NCBI GenBank assembly: GCA_963797975.1
Contig: CAWCRH010000006.1
Span: 10,754-74,753, forward strand
DNA: 64,000 bases
Reading direction: 5' to 3'
Source: an uncultured Thermoplasmata archaeon
GTDB taxonomy: Archaea > Thermoplasmatota > Thermoplasmata > Lutacidiplasmatales > UBA184
Shown: one piece after another, positions 31,183 through 42,187 of the stretch
How the letters are laid out: each line of letters starts with the position of its first letter
Numbering within the stretch: the stretch's first letter is position 1
Notes under the pieces: model-generated
What the model saw: the letters and a program-made list of their open reading frames with translations, nothing else
Database searches by the model: none
Told to the model about the DNA's origin: nothing
Translations under genes and position numbers: made by a program

Positions 31183-33959
31183 TCCCCCCCGAAATCCGTG
31201 CTCTCTTCCGGGGTGCCGACGTCATCGCTCTCCTCTTCTTCGGCCTCCTCTTCCAGAAGCGCCTCCGCTTGGAGGTCCATCTCCTCCTCGGTGACCGGGG
31301 GCGGTGAACCGGTTCCGGACCGTCCATCTCGTTCGGACGCACGCGATGGCCGAGCACCCGCGAGAGGATCTCCTCGACCGCGACCGCGTGACCGTTGTAG
31401 CTGCGCGTGGGGTCGACGCCGTCCTCGCCGTACTGGTACTCGATCACGGTGCCGGCGGTGTTGCGAACCGTTCCGTCCTCGACCACCTTGAGGTCCTCGA
31501 GAGCGTTGATCAGACGGCGCTGCATGTAGCCCGAGCGGCTCGTCCGCACGGCGGTGTCGACGAGCGATTCCCGCCCGCCCATCGAGTGGAAGAAGTACCT
31601 CCGTCGGGCTCAGTCCGTGCTTGTAGCTCGAGCTCACGAACCCGCGCGCATCCGCGCCCAGGTCGCCGCGCGCGAAATGCGGGAGCGTCCGGTTGTAGAA
31701 CCCGCGCATCAGGCGCTCGCCGCGCACCGATTGCTGCCCGACGGCTCCGGCCATTTGCGTCAGGTTGAGCATCGAGCCGCGCGCGCCGCTCTTCGCGAGG
31801 ATCACCGCGGGGTTCTCGAGTCCCAGATAGCGGCCGGCGATCTCCCCGGCCGCGTCGCGCGCCTTGCCCAGCTCGCGACGAACCATGACCTCGAGCGTTT
31901 CCTCGAGCGAGCGTCCGGGCATCTGCTCGAGCTCCCCCGCGCGGTACTGCTCGACGAGCTCGTTGACCGTGACGCGCGCGGTCTCGAGCGACTTGGCGAT
32001 CTCGCGCCGAGCGAGCTCGGGCACGTCCTCATCGTCGATCCCCGTGGACAGGCCCTTGAGACCGATCGCCGTGATCGCGAGCCGGCTCATCTCATCCAGG
32101 AACTCGCGCGCGCGCGCCATGCCATAGTTACGGGCGATCGCGTCCAGAACGGCGCCCTTTTCGTAGGCGATCGCTTTCTTGTCGATCGTACCCGCCTTGA
32201 GCACCCCGTTCTCGATGATGACCGTAGAGTCGTGCTTACAGTGAGCCGGCGGGCAGTCGCACTTCGACCAGATGTTCGAGTGGAACTGGAGCGAGAGGTC
32301 CTTGGGCAAGGTGAGGCTGAAGAGCTGTTTGCCGGTCCAGAATGGCACTCCGTCCTTGTCGCGCCCGGCCGGGGGAGGCTCCGGGTAGCGGACCTTGCTC
32401 AGGAGGTAAGCGACCTCGCTCTGGTTGAACGTGGGGTTCTGGTAGGTCAGTAAGAACGCCGCGGTGATGTGGTCGTGAAGCATCCCGATGATCGGTCCGC
32501 CGTAGCGGGGCGACATGATGTGCTCCTCGACCTTCATCAGGACCTTTGCCTCGGCGCGGGCCTCCTGGCTCTGGAGCACGTGCAGGTTCATCTCGTCGCC
32601 ATCGAAGTCCGCGTTGTAGGGCGTACAGTCGCACAGATTGAATCGGAAGGTCTTGTGCGGCAGGATGCGAACGAAGTGGGCCATCATGCTCATCCGATGC
32701 AGGCTCGGCTGCCGGTTGAACAGCACGATGTCGCCGTCCACGAGCTGGCGCTCGACGATGCCAGCCGGGGGTAACGAGCTCGGCACATGCCTCGGCGTTC
32801 TTCTCCATCACCTTGATCCGCTGGCCATCGTCGCGCACCAGGTAGTTGACCCCGCAGCGGTAGCGCCCGTCCTCGTTGGGAGCGGGATTGGGCCCGCGCT
32901 GCACGAGCTCCTTCGCGACCGGCTGGTTGTGCACGGTGACCTCGAGCGGGACGGTGAGGCCGCGGGCGACCTCCATGGGAACGCCCACCTCGTTGATGGA
33001 GAGAAGCGGGTCGGGGCTGATGACCGTTCGGGCCGAGAAGTTCACGCGCTTACCGGACAGGTTCGACCGGAACCGACCGTCCTTGCCCTTGAGCCGCTGC
33101 GCGAGGGTCTTGAGCGGGCGGCCGGACCGGTGGCGGGCCGGAGGGATCCCGCTGGTCTGGTTGTCGAAGTAGGTCGTGATATGGTACTGCAGAAGCTCCC
33201 AGAGGTCCTCCACGACCAGCTGGGGCGCGCCCATGTCGCGGTTCTCGCGCAGCCGTTGGTTGATCCGCAGGACGTCGACCAGCTTGTGGGTAAGGTCGTC
33301 CTCGCTTCGCTCTCCGCTGTCGAGGGTGATCGAGGGGCGGACCTGCACGGGCGGGACCGGCAGGACGGTGAGGACCATCCACTCCGCAGGCCGAACTTCG
33401 GCTCGAGCCCGAGGTCGCGGACGTCTTCGTCCGGGATCCGCTCGAGGCGAGCGCGGACCTCCTTGGGAGTGATCTTGTGCCCGCTCTCGCGGAACGTGGT
33501 CGGTTTGTCGAGCAGGATGCGCTGCTGGATCTCGTGGCAGTGCGGGCAGCTTCGTTCCTCTTTCGTCTCCCGGGTGCGGGGGGCGCCCTCTTCGCTATCG
33601 GCCGACGATTCGGACCGCGGGCTCGGGGCGTCCGGTAGCCGGCGGCCGCACGCGCGGCAGGTCGACTGCAGTAGCCGCTTGATCTCCTTCGCATAGCCGA
33701 CGTGGATCACCGGCATCGCGAGCTCGATGATCCCGAAGTGGCCCGGGCATTCGTTGACCCGGCCGCCGCACGTGCGGCAGCGCAGGTTCGGCTCGATGAC
33801 CCCGAGGTGAAGGTCCATCAGGCCCATCTCGATGGGAAACCCGTCGTCGTCGTACGTGTCCGCTGTGATGATCTTGATCGCGCTCATCCGCCGGATCTCG
33901 TCCGGCGAGAGGAAGGCGAACTGCAGGCTCTTGATCTTCTTGGAGAGACCCTGTGCCAT
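31179..33959 (-). CDS. rpoA1: DNA-directed RNA polymerase subunit A', interrupted by two frameshifts
   Basis: Three consecutive ORFs (33959-33042, 33378-32236, 32786-31179) together give a colinear RpoA'. The N-terminal Zn motifs are [16 protein letters not shown]. The first junction is [20 protein letters not shown] near 33385-33400 and looks like a 1-nt deletion. The second junction is [32 protein letters not shown] near 32757-32770 and looks like one extra C in a C-run. [10 protein letters not shown] is present. Confidence 0.9.
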
Positions 33960-33971
33960 ATTCGGTCCCTC

Positions 33972-36900
33972 CTACCGCATCTCTTCGAGCTGGAGCCGCA
34001 TGATCACGCCGAGGCTGATCAGCTCCTCCAAGAGAAGCTTGAACGAGTAGCTCATCTCGACCGGATAGATCGACGAGGTGTTGCCGCAGCTCGGGCAGCG
34101 GAGCGAGCCGGCCCGGGCGTCGGGGATCGCAATGTGGCCACACTCGGTGTTGCCGCAGACGTACTGGATCGTGCCGTCCGATTCGTCGAGAAGACGGTCC
34201 TTGATGACCATCGCTACGCCGTGGCCGATGAGACAGTCGCGCTCCATCTCTCCGAATCTTAAGCCACCCTGGCGCGAGCGCCCCTCCGTCGGTTGGCGGG
34301 TGAGGATCTGCACGGGACCGCGCGAGCGCATGTGCATCTTGCCCGCGACCATGTGGTGGAGCTTCTGGTAGTAGATCACGCCGACGAAGATCTCCGCCTC
34401 GTAGCGGCGTCCCGTGAGCCCGTCGTAGAGCGTCTCACGGCCGGACGGATGGAAGCCGAGGCCCTTGAGCGCCTCGCGGAGCGCCTCCTCGCGCTCGCCG
34501 CTGAACGCGGTACCGTCGATCGTCCGCCCCTCCATCGCCCCGACCTTGCCCCCGAGCATCTCGAGGACATGGGCGACCGTCATTCGGGACGGGATCGCGT
34601 GCGGGTTGATCAGAAGGTCGGGCGTCATGCCGTCGCGCGTGAACGGCAGGTTCTCGGTCGGGACGATGAGCCCGATTACGCCCTTCTGGCCGTGGCGGCT
34701 CGCGAACTTGTCCCCGAGCTCGGGCACGCGCTGGTTTCGGACCTTGACCTTGACGAGCTTGGAGATGTTCTCTCCCTCCGTCAGGATCACGTTGTCGACC
34801 CAGCCGGATTCCCCGAAGCGGACCGTGACGCTCGTCTCGCGCCGCTTTTGCGGGGTCAACAGATCGGTCTTCTCTTCGAGGAAACGCGGGGGGCTCGTCT
34901 TGCCGATGAGCACATCGCCCTCGGTGACCTCGAGCTCGGGGAAGATGAGCCCGTCCTCGGCGAGATTGCGGTAGGACGTGTCCACGCGGGCGCCCGCGAC
35001 GTCGGGTCGGGGGATCTCGAAACGGTCCTCCTGGCCGCCCGGGTACTTGCGCTCCTCACCGCGGTAGGTGCGGAAGAACGACGATCGTCCGAGACCGCGT
35101 TCGATCGCACCGCGGCTGAAGACGAGGGCATCCTGCATGTTGTAGCCCTCATAGGAGAGCACGGCCACCACGAAGTTCTGTCCGGCCGGACGCTCCGTGA
35201 AGTGCACGTAGCGCATCGTCTGAGTTCGAAGCAGCGGCGCCTGCGGGTAGTGGAGGAGGTGCCCGCGGGTATCGGGGCGCCGGCGATAGTTCACGGATTC
35301 GACGCCCAGCGCTTGCTTCGCCATCGCGGAACCCATCGTGTTGCGCGGGGCGGAGTTGTGCTCAGGGTACGGGATCAAGCCGGTGCAAACGCCGAGCATC
35401 AGGTTGGGGTCGATCTCGAGGTGCGACTGCTTGGGGGTCAGCCCGCTCGGGACCGGGAAGTCGGCCTGGCAATGGCCGCAGCGGACGCGCGCCTTACCGC
35501 CACCCTCTTCGTTGCTCAGCCACGTCACGTCGCTCCGCGACAGGGCGTGGTCGCACTTCGGACAGCGGTCGGGCGTCGTGAACCCTTCGATCGCGACCAG
35601 GGCGTCCTCCTCCTCTTCGGCATCCACCCACTCGACCGCACCGGCCCGGACGAGGTCGGTGAAGCTGCGGGTGCCGTTCGTGAGCTCGTCCAGGTCACCG
35701 CGCGTCACGCGCGGCACGCCGTTGTGGGCCACGATGAGGGGGCGGCGCAACCGCCCGGAGTCGCAGTGGACGATAACTTCGTTCATGATCTCGTCGTAGC
35801 GTACGTTGATCTCGTGCGCGCGCTCGTTGAGCGAGGGGGAGAGCGCGCCGGTACGGCGACGTTCGCGGAGCTCCCGCACGAGGTCGAGCGGGTTGGAGTG
35901 CAACCCGACCAGGTCTCCGTTCACGTAGATACGGGCCGCACGGCGGCCCTTGGGCGCCGAGCCTTCCAGGAAGACCTCCGGGCCGATCTCCCGGGTGTTG
36001 AGGTCGCGGAGGATGAGCTTGACCTCGTCCTCGTCCGCCCCTTCGCTGACGTCGACGCAGAGGGCGTAGTTCTTGACGAGACCGCAGTTCTGGCCTTCGG
36101 GGGTCTCGTTCGGGCAGAGGCGGCCCCATTGGGTCGGGTGGAGATCCCGTGCCTCGAAGTGCGGCTGGCTACGGGTGAGCGGGCTCGTCACGCGGCGCAG
36201 GTGGCTGATCGTCGACATGTGGCTGGTTCGATCGAGGACCTGGCTGACTCCCGACCGCCCGCCGACCCAGTTCCCCGTCGCGAGCGCGTGTACGAGCCGC
36301 TGCGTGAGAAGGTCCGGCCGGATCGCGCTCGCGATCCGAAGGTCCTTCTTGCGCGCGAACGAGCGTTCGAGCTGGTACTTGAGGTCCTTGAGGAGCAGGC
36401 TGAAGGCGACGCGGAAGAGGTCCTCCATGAGGTCGCCGGCGAGCTTCAGGCGCTTGTTGGCGTAGTGGTCCTTGTCGTCCTCGCCGCGCTGCTTGAGGTT
36501 GAGCTCGAGCACCGTACGGGCCATGCGCGCGAGGTAGAGGGCCTTCTTCAAGCGGTCGGCCTTCGCGTCGCCCAGGTGGGGAAGGAGCGATCGGTCGAGG
36601 ATCCCGTCGACCTTCCGCTGCCGGTATTCCTTCGCCTGGCCGGTCGCGAACTTCTTCTCGAGGAAGAGGAGGGCATCCTCGGTGGTCAGGATCCCCTCAG
36701 GCGGGTAGGTCTTCTTGGAGACCGACTCCTCCAGGTTGACGTTCAATAGGTGCTTCATCGTCTGGACGAACGGCTCCTCGAGCGGGAGCAGCTCCCCGAG
36801 CACCGCCTGGAAGATCTCCTCGTCGTTCTTCATTCCGAGCGCTTTCATCAGGACGACTAGGGGGATCTGGCCGCTCGCGGTCGGGACGCTGACCTGGAGG

Positions 36901-37646
36901 ATCCCCTCCTTCTTCCTCTCGACGACGGTGAGTGAGCGGTAGCCGCCGCGCTGGCTGAAGACCTTCGCGCTCTCGACCGGCGTTCCGTACCGTTCGCTGT
37001 ACTCCGCGAAGATCCGGTTCGGGGCGAGGTCCTCGAGGCTGATGATCACACGCTCGGTGCCCCCGATGATGAAGTACCCTCCCGGGTCGAGAGGGTCCTC
37101 CCCGTACTCGACCAGCTTCGCGCGGTACTCCTCGTCGGCGATCGGGAAACCGGAGTCCCGTTCGATGTTGACACGATTCAGGTTACATGGGCGGCTCTTC
37201 ACCATGATCGGCAGGTCACCGATGTGGACCGTCTCGGGGGCCCGTTCGACCCCGTTCTCGACCACGGTCACGTTGAGGTAGATCGGAGCCTGATAGGTGA
37301 GGTTCCGAAGCCGGGCTTCCATCGGGGTCAACGTCGGCTTGGAGCCGACGGGTTCTTTCACGAAGGGTTGCCCGACAAAGATCGTCGGTTCGGCGGTAGG
37401 GCTGACCCCGGTGCTGCGCGGGTCGCGTCGGCGGCCGACGCGCACGTAGATCGAGCTCTTCGTCTTCTGGACGTCGAGGCGCACGATCCCGCGCTCGGTC
37501 GAGTCCTCGCTGACCCTCGACTCGTCGACGATCCGTTGCATCCGGGAGTTCGGATTGTCGTTGGTCGGCAAGAAGTCGTTGAAGCTCGCGAGGTGGTGGT
37601 TGACGATGGACCGCTCTCGGAAGAAGGCGTCTACGATCTCACGCAT
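33972..37646 (-). CDS. rpoB: DNA-directed RNA polymerase subunit B (unsplit B''-B')
   Basis: 1224-aa single ORF covering both the B'' and B' regions (e.g. [22 protein letters not shown]-terminal Zn ribbon CPSCG). Confidence 0.93.
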   Translation of the reverse strand: MREIVDAFFRERSIVNHHLASFNDFLPTNDNPNSRMQRIVDESRVSEDSTERGIVRLDVQKTKSSIYVRVGRRRDPRSTGVSPTAEPTIFVGQPFVKEPVGSKPTLTPMEARLRNLTYQAPIYLNVTVVENGVERAPETVHIGDLPIMVKSRPCNLNRVNIERDSGFPIADEEYRAKLVEYGEDPLDPGGYFIIGGTERVIISLEDLAPNRIFAEYSERYGTPVESAKVFSQRGGYRSLTVVERKKEGILQVSVPTASGQIPLVVLMKALGMKNDEEIFQAVLGELLPLEEPFVQTMKHLLNVNLEESVSKKTYPPEGILTTEDALLFLEKKFATGQAKEYRQRKVDGILDRSLLPHLGDAKADRLKKALYLARMARTVLELNLKQRGEDDKDHYANKRLKLAGDLMEDLFRVAFSLLLKDLKYQLERSFARKKDLRIASAIRPDLLTQRLVHALATGNWVGGRSGVSQVLDRTSHMSTISHLRRVTSPLTRSQPHFEARDLHPTQWGRLCPNETPEGQNCGLVKNYALCVDVSEGADEDEVKLILRDLNTREIGPEVFLEGSAPKGRRAARIYVNGDLVGLHSNPLDLVRELRERRRTGALSPSLNERAHEINVRYDEIMNEVIVHCDSGRLRRPLIVAHNGVPRVTRGDLDELTNGTRSFTDLVRAGAVEWVDAEEEEDALVAIEGFTTPDRCPKCDHALSRSDVTWLSNEEGGGKARVRCGHCQADFPVPSGLTPKQSHLEIDPNLMLGVCTGLIPYPEHNSAPRNTMGSAMAKQALGVESVNYRRRPDTRGHLLHYPQAPLLRTQTMRYVHFTERPAGQNFVVAVLSYEGYNMQDALVFSRGAIERGLGRSSFFRTYRGEERKYPGGQEDRFEIPRPDVAGARVDTSYRNLAEDGLIFPELEVTEGDVLIGKTSPPRFLEEKTDLLTPQKRRETSVTVRFGESGWVDNVILTEGENISKLVKVKVRNQRVPELGDKFASRHGQKGVIGLIVPTENLPFTRDGMTPDLLINPHAIPSRMTVAHVLEMLGGKVGAMEGRTIDGTAFSGEREEALREALKGLGFHPSGRETLYDGLTGRRYEAEIFVGVIYYQKLHHMVAGKMHMRSRGPVQILTRQPTEGRSRQGGLRFGEMERDCLIGHGVAMVIKDRLLDESDGTIQYVCGNTECGHIAIPDARAGSLRCPSCGNTSSIYPVEMSYSFKLLLEELISLGVIMRLQLEEMR

Positions 37647-37653
37647 GGTACTA

Positions 37654-37992
37654 TCACTCCCCTGCGGACGAGGAAACGATCATGCGGTAGGCGAAGGCGA
37701 GGCCGGCGGTCTCGCTCGGCCGTCGGACGCGCACGAGACGACCGACCATGTTCTCGCCGGCCTCGCGCGCCTTGACGAACGCCGGGTCGGTCTTGAGACC
37801 GGGGTCCTGCACGTAGATCTTGGGGAGCCGCTCGGGAAGGGTGCGGAGGTTGGCGAGCATCGTCTTCGTGTCCGCCTCGCTCAGGACCTCGTGGCGGGGG
37901 ACCATGTGATGCGCGACGAACGGGCGATCGGAAACGACCTGGGCGTTCTTCTTCGAACGCTTGGACGTCCGCGAACGGGCGGCGGGGCTCAT
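37654..37992 (-). CDS. rpoH: DNA-directed RNA polymerase subunit H
   Basis: [13 protein letters not shown]...IYVQDPGLK...[23 protein letters not shown] matches the RpoH/Rpb5 C-terminal domain. The first 30 residues may be a spurious extension (alternative start near 37905). Confidence 0.8.
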   Translation of the reverse strand: MSPAARSRTSKRSKKNAQVVSDRPFVAHHMVPRHEVLSEADTKTMLANLRTLPERLPKIYVQDPGLKTDPAFVKAREAGENMVGRLVRVRRPSETAGLAFAYRMIVSSSAGE

Positions 37993-38215
37993 GGACGACC
38001 TCGATGGGGCGAACGGGCCCGGGGGGATATCCGGCGAGATCCATCGCGCGCGGAAGGAACTCGCGTTCGAACCCCCGACCAGCTGGTTAAAAGCCAGATG
38101 CTCTTTCCCGGGCCGACGGGGCCCCCGCGCGGCCTACCGGACTGAGCTACGGGCCCGCTTCCGCTCCCACGGCGTCGGACGAGGGGGACGTATTTCAGGC
38201 TATTCCCGAGCGATC

Positions 38216-38518
38216 TCACTTCAGGCTCTCCAGGTTGGACATGATCGACCAGATCGCCGTGCGGCCATGGGTCGGAAGGTTGGGGTCATTCGCGAGGTCG
38301 TCCAGAACATACACCGCGCTCGCGAGCCGAACGTCCATCGCGGTTCCGGGCTTGGCGAGCTCTTCCTTCGCCGCTTGGGCGCCGCGGCGGACGTTGCGGG
38401 GGACCGAGTTGTCGTCCGCGAGCTGGGTCAGCGCTTCGACGATACGCACGAACTCGGGGGATGGGCTCGCGTCGTGGGCGAGCGGTGGCACCGTGCGGGG
38501 AGCGGCCGGGGAGCTCAC
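38216..38518 (-). CDS. UPF0147 family protein (archaeal, unknown function)
   Basis: 100 aa (VPRNVRRGAQAAKEEL...VLDDLANDPNLPTHGRTAIWSIMSNLE) resembles the conserved archaeal UPF0147 family. Confidence 0.55.
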   Translation of the reverse strand: MSSPAAPRTVPPLAHDASPSPEFVRIVEALTQLADDNSVPRNVRRGAQAAKEELAKPGTAMDVRLASAVYVLDDLANDPNLPTHGRTAIWSIMSNLESLK

Positions 38519-38853
38519 GGCCGTGGGACCTCCCCACTCTCTTTGTAGGCGGTCACCACGAGCAGGGTCTTCGTTTCGCGGATCCCGCGGACCGCCGGCA
38601 GCCGGTGCAGGACGAAATCCTTGAGCTCATCGTAGTGCGGAAATCGTACCTTGACGAAAATGTCGGTGTCGCCCGTGACGAGGAAAACGTCCTCGGCCTC
38701 GGTGAACTTGGAGACCTCGCTCGCCACCCCGTCGGCCTCCGCGGTCTCGACCTTGAGAGCGATGAGCGCCACGACATGCTCGTCACCCCAGACCTTAGTG
38801 AAGGCGCTCTCGACCGCGCGGCTTACCGGCGGCTTCTGCGATGTACGCTCCAT
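38515..38853 (-). CDS. Lrp/AsnC-family ligand-binding (RAM) domain protein
   Basis: C-terminal 113 aa of ORF 38515..39096: VVALIALKVE...VFLVTGDTDIFVKVRFPHYDELKDFVLHRLPAVRGIRETKTLLV is a typical RAM domain. No HTH is apparent. The ORF's upstream 80 aa are Arg-rich and probably not translated. Confidence 0.5.
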   Translation of the reverse strand: MERTSQKPPVSRAVESAFTKVWGDEHVVALIALKVETAEADGVASEVSKFTEAEDVFLVTGDTDIFVKVRFPHYDELKDFVLHRLPAVRGIRETKTLLVVTAYKESGEVPRP

Positions 38854-39214
38854 CGTGTTCTTCTCCGTTTGTCCTCGTTGGCCCACGCGACGCTTCGCTT
38901 CTCTCACTTCGCGGATGCCTCGATCGTTGCCCGTCCCTACGTCTCGGGAGCGGACTCGAACTCCTCTTGGAGGTCGTTGATCACTTGATCGATCACCGCG
39001 CCGGACGATGCGGCGTGATATTCGCGCACGCCTCCCGCCTCGCTCGAGACCCGGGCCACGAGCTCTGGCCCACCGCGAAGGAATTCTACGTTGCAAATAA
39101 GCTCCTCCATCGATGGCCGGGCCCCCCCGAGCCGCGCGGGTCGCACAAAGGCCCCCTATATATGCTTTGAGTACCGCCGGAATCTCGGTGGGCGGAGGAC
39201 CCCACTAGGAGCGT

Positions 39215-40666
39215 GTAGCCCTATTCCCCTTATCTCCTGACGACCGGTCGAAGCGAGGTACTATAGCCGGCCTCGTCTATGAACCGGCATGCCGACCGAG
39301 AGTCGCCCGACGTTCCGAAAGTACGACCCGAAACAGACGCTCCTCCTTCCGCCGAATCTCGACGAGTGGCTCCCGAAGGATCACCTCGCCCGTATCGTGG
39401 CTCAGGTGGTCGATGACCACCTCGATTTGAAACCGTTCCTCGCGAACTATCACAATCAGTCCGCCGGGTTCCCGGCCTTCGACCCTCGCCTGCAGCTCAA
39501 GATCCTTCTCTACGGCTACTGTGTGGGCGTGGCGAGCTCACGCCGCATGGAGAAGGCCACCTACGAGGACCTCGCCACCCGTTGGCTCGCCGCGGATCAA
39601 CATCCGCACTTCACCACCCTCGCACGCTTCCGCCGACAGAATCTCCCCATCATGGACCAGCTGTTCCACCAAGTGCTCGAGCTTTGCCGAGAGGCCGGCC
39701 TGGTCAAGCTCGGTCGGGTGGCGCTGGACGGGACCAAGATCAAAGCCAGCGCCTCCAAGCACAAGTCGAAGAGCTATCGGAAGATTCGAGAGGAAGAGAC
39801 CGATCTCCGTCGAGTGGCCCATGATCTTCTCCGAGAGGCCGAGCGCGTCGATACGGAGGAGGACGAACTCTACGGGCCCGAGAAGAACCCGCTGCTCCAC
39901 CCCCTTCCGTCGGACTGGAAGGAGCGGTTGAAGAGGCTCAAGCAGGCCCGCCAAGTGATCGAGGAGCGGGAGCGGAAGAAGGGCAAGGTCGAGCCGGAGG
40001 CGAAGGTCCAGTACAACTTCACCGACCCGGACTCGCGCATTCTGCAGGAGAGCGGGAACAAGGGGGGCTACATTCAGGGCTACAATGCCCAGGCGGCGGT
40101 CGACACGAAGAGCCAGGTGATCGTGATGGCGGAGGTGACGCAGGAGAACCCGGACAACCAGCACCTCATCCCGATGGTGGAAGCGATCGAGCGGGAGCTC
40201 GGTGAGCTTCCGCCGAAGGTCCTCGTTGACGCGGGATACTTCAGTGAGGCGCAGATTCGAGTGGTCGAGGCGAAGGGAGTGGAGGTCTACTGTCCCCGGA
40301 GCCGTGGAGGATGGCGGAGAGTGCACCGTGTCCTCGAGGGCGTCCCCCTCTCAACGAACGGTTCACCCAGTTCATGCGACGGAGGGTACGTCGTGTGCGA
40401 GGGCGAAGGGAGTATCGGTGGCGGAAGGTCAGCATCGAGCCGACGTTTGGCCAGATCAAGCAGGGAAGAGGACTACGGCAGTTCCTCCTCCGAGGGCGCG
40501 AGAAGGTCGGGGCGGAGTGGAAACTCTGGTGCCTGACCCACAATCTGCGTAAACTCCACACCGCGGGCTGGAGTTGAGGGGCGAGAGCGGCAAACGGGGA
40601 AGGAAAGGAACCCCCCTCCGCGAGGGACGAGCTCCGCTGGCCACGCTGTAAATCGAATAGTCCTAC
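39215..40666 (+). mobile_element. IS element (IS5/IS1182-superfamily-like) with imperfect terminal inverted repeats
   Basis: Transposase gene at 39289..40577. Candidate IRs are GTAGCCCTATTC (39215-39226) and GAATAGTCCTAC (40655-40666, reverse complement GTAGGACTATTC). The ends show a local GC drop. The boundaries are approximate. Confidence 0.55.
39289..40577 (+). CDS. DDE transposase (DUF772 N-terminal domain plus DDE_Tnp_1-type catalytic domain), frameshifted near the C-terminus
   Basis: N-terminus LLPPNLDEWLPKDHLARIV...FDPRLQLKILLYGYCVGVASSRRME. DDE region VLVDAGYFSE. The conserved C-terminal end (RKVSIEPTFGQIKQGRGLRQFLLRG...LWCLTHNLRKL) is in another frame, as ORF 40311..40577. The frame change is near 40305-40330. 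Confidence 0.8.
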
Positions 40667-40672
40667 GGGCTC

Positions 40673-42187
40673 CTAGCCGAGTGGCCCGCCACAGTCCTTG
40701 CAGAAGTGACTGGTGGCTTGAGCCGGGCAGCCGCACCGAGGGCACGAACGGACGGGGGCATAGCCCGGGGCGGTGTACCCAGCGGCCGTTCCCATCGGTG
40801 TAGTAGGACCTGGAGGTGGAGCGGGCGGAGGCGGCCCTCCTGGACTCGGCGGAGCAGCGCCTGCCGTTGGCGGGGGCAACCACGCGTACGACGAGGTGGG
40901 CGGCGCGTCGGGCGGGGGCGAGACCGGGCCAGCGGCGGGGACACGGCGGGATCGGATGGACGCGACCGCGGCGACCGCAACGCAAACGACGATGATCGTC
41001 GCTAGGGTGATGATGAGCGTGTTTCCGGTGAGGCCGAAGAGCGAGAAGGGGGGCAAGACCGAGGAGTTACCTCCGCTGCCGCTCGAGCTAAAAGAGATGG
41101 ATCGACTGGCGTCGGCGCCGTTGATGTCTACCGACCCGCTGGATGGGCTCGCGGTGTACCCCGAGACGGATTCCAGCGAGAACGAGTAAGGCCCGTTACT
41201 GAGACCGTGGAACGAGATCGTCGTGCCGCTGCTGCTATTCGACCCCACATTACTGACCGTCACGCTCCATTGCGTGTTCCCCGGTAGTCCGCTCTCCGTG
41301 AACGTGAGCGTGAAGGTGGATACTTGGGTGAACGTCACGTTCTGGGAGGCGGGAGCTCCGCTGACCGTGAGGCTCGCGGAGGACGGGTTGGCGGTATAGC
41401 CGGAGGCCGCCACCGTGTAGGCATACTGCCCGTTGGGTTCCATGAACGTGATGGAAGTTGCATTCGAGCTCTGGGGCACGCCCTCTAGCGTGACGGTCCA
41501 ACGGACCGAACTCCCGAGCCCCGTTTCTGAGAACACGACCGGGTACGTTGCTGCGATCGTAAAGGCGATTGACTGGTTGACCGCCGCTCCGCTGACCGTG
41601 ATGGGTCCCGACGACGGGGTCGCCGAGTAGCCCGAAGCATTGGTCGCGAACGTGTAGGCGCCGTTCTCGGCGGAGAAACTCACCGTTTGGGGACCGCAGT
41701 AGCCCGAGGACGTTCCCGCCGTGCACGTCTCCGTCGCGCTGTTGAAGGTGACCGACCAGTTCGTTCCGTTCACCAGTCCGCTCTCCGAGAAGGTCACGGG
41801 ATACGCCATAGTCCGGTTGGCCGGGTTCCCGGCGTTCGCGACCGTGTAGCTCACGACCCCTTGGTCGTTGCCGCCGCTCGCCGCGCTGACGGCCCAGTCC
41901 GACCCAGACCCGCTCCAGACGAGATTAAGCGCGATCTCACCGGTCTGGTCTACCGCTGAACCGTACGGGGCCGCGTTCGGAGTGGGCAGGAACTGGCTTT
42001 GCCCGGACATCTCTACTTCGCTGGTGAGCGTGCCGGGCGGTCCCGCTCTGGAAATCCCCCTGCCCGGCCGAGGGCCCACCGACGAGCCCGAGCTGCGGCG
42101 CGAGCCCTCCGGGAAGAGGGGTGTCCGGGAAGGGCCCGTTCGAGTATTGGGACCCCTGCCAGTAGTACTCGTAGTTGTAGCCGCCAA
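40673..42187 (-). CDS. repeat-containing surface protein: about four tandem ~80-aa beta-rich repeats, one TM helix, a Pro-rich tail and a C-terminal Zn ribbon; possibly the C-terminal half of the upstream sedolisin
   Basis: Repeats have the consensus Y-x-V-T-F-[ST]-E-S-G-L-x-x-[GN]-T-x-W-[ST]-V-T ... N-G-x-Y-[AS]-[FY]-[ST]-V ... S-G-Y-[ST]-A-[ST]-P-S-S-G-x-[IL]-T-V-[SN]-G-A. There are many N-x-S/T sequons. The TM helix is LIITLATIIVVCVAVAAVASI, followed by RSRR, a PPxP tail and CPRCGCPAQATSHFCKDCGG. There is no signal peptide. The first ~60 residues of the ORF look like out-of-frame noise and overlap the sedolisin ORF. Confidence 0.6.
   Translation of the reverse strand: MAATTTSTTGRGPNTRTGPSRTPLFPEGSRRSSGSSVGPRPGRGISRAGPPGTLTSEVEMSGQSQFLPTPNAAPYGSAVDQTGEIALNLVWSGSGSDWAVSAASGGNDQGVVSYTVANAGNPANRTMAYPVTFSESGLVNGTNWSVTFNSATETCTAGTSSGYCGPQTVSFSAENGAYTFATNASGYSATPSSGPITVSGAAVNQSIAFTIAATYPVVFSETGLGSSVRWTVTLEGVPQSSNATSITFMEPNGQYAYTVAASGYTANPSSASLTVSGAPASQNVTFTQVSTFTLTFTESGLPGNTQWSVTVSNVGSNSSSGTTISFHGLSNGPYSFSLESVSGYTASPSSGSVDINGADASRSISFSSSGSGGNSSVLPPFSLFGLTGNTLIITLATIIVVCVAVAAVASIRSRRVPAAGPVSPPPDAPPTSSYAWLPPPTAGAAPPSPGGPPPPAPPPGPTTPMGTAAGYTAPGYAPVRSCPRCGCPAQATSHFCKDCGGPLG

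Noticed and set aside
33050-33694. Alternative-frame ORFs within rpoA1 (e.g. 33050..33694, 32638..33696)
   Set aside because: These are out-of-frame products of the RNAP gene region. The true gene is the three-segment colinear RpoA' reading.
34293-36749. 818-aa plus-strand ORF
   Set aside because: Antisense to rpoB. It has no stop codons because of GC bias. The sequence is low complexity (R, A, G, D, E rich) with no domain-like segments.
38854-39096. N-terminal 81 codons of ORF 38515..39096
   Set aside because: Arg-rich sequence with no HTH-like sequence. RAM-domain homology starts at the internal Met, so this is probably untranslated leader or promoter region.
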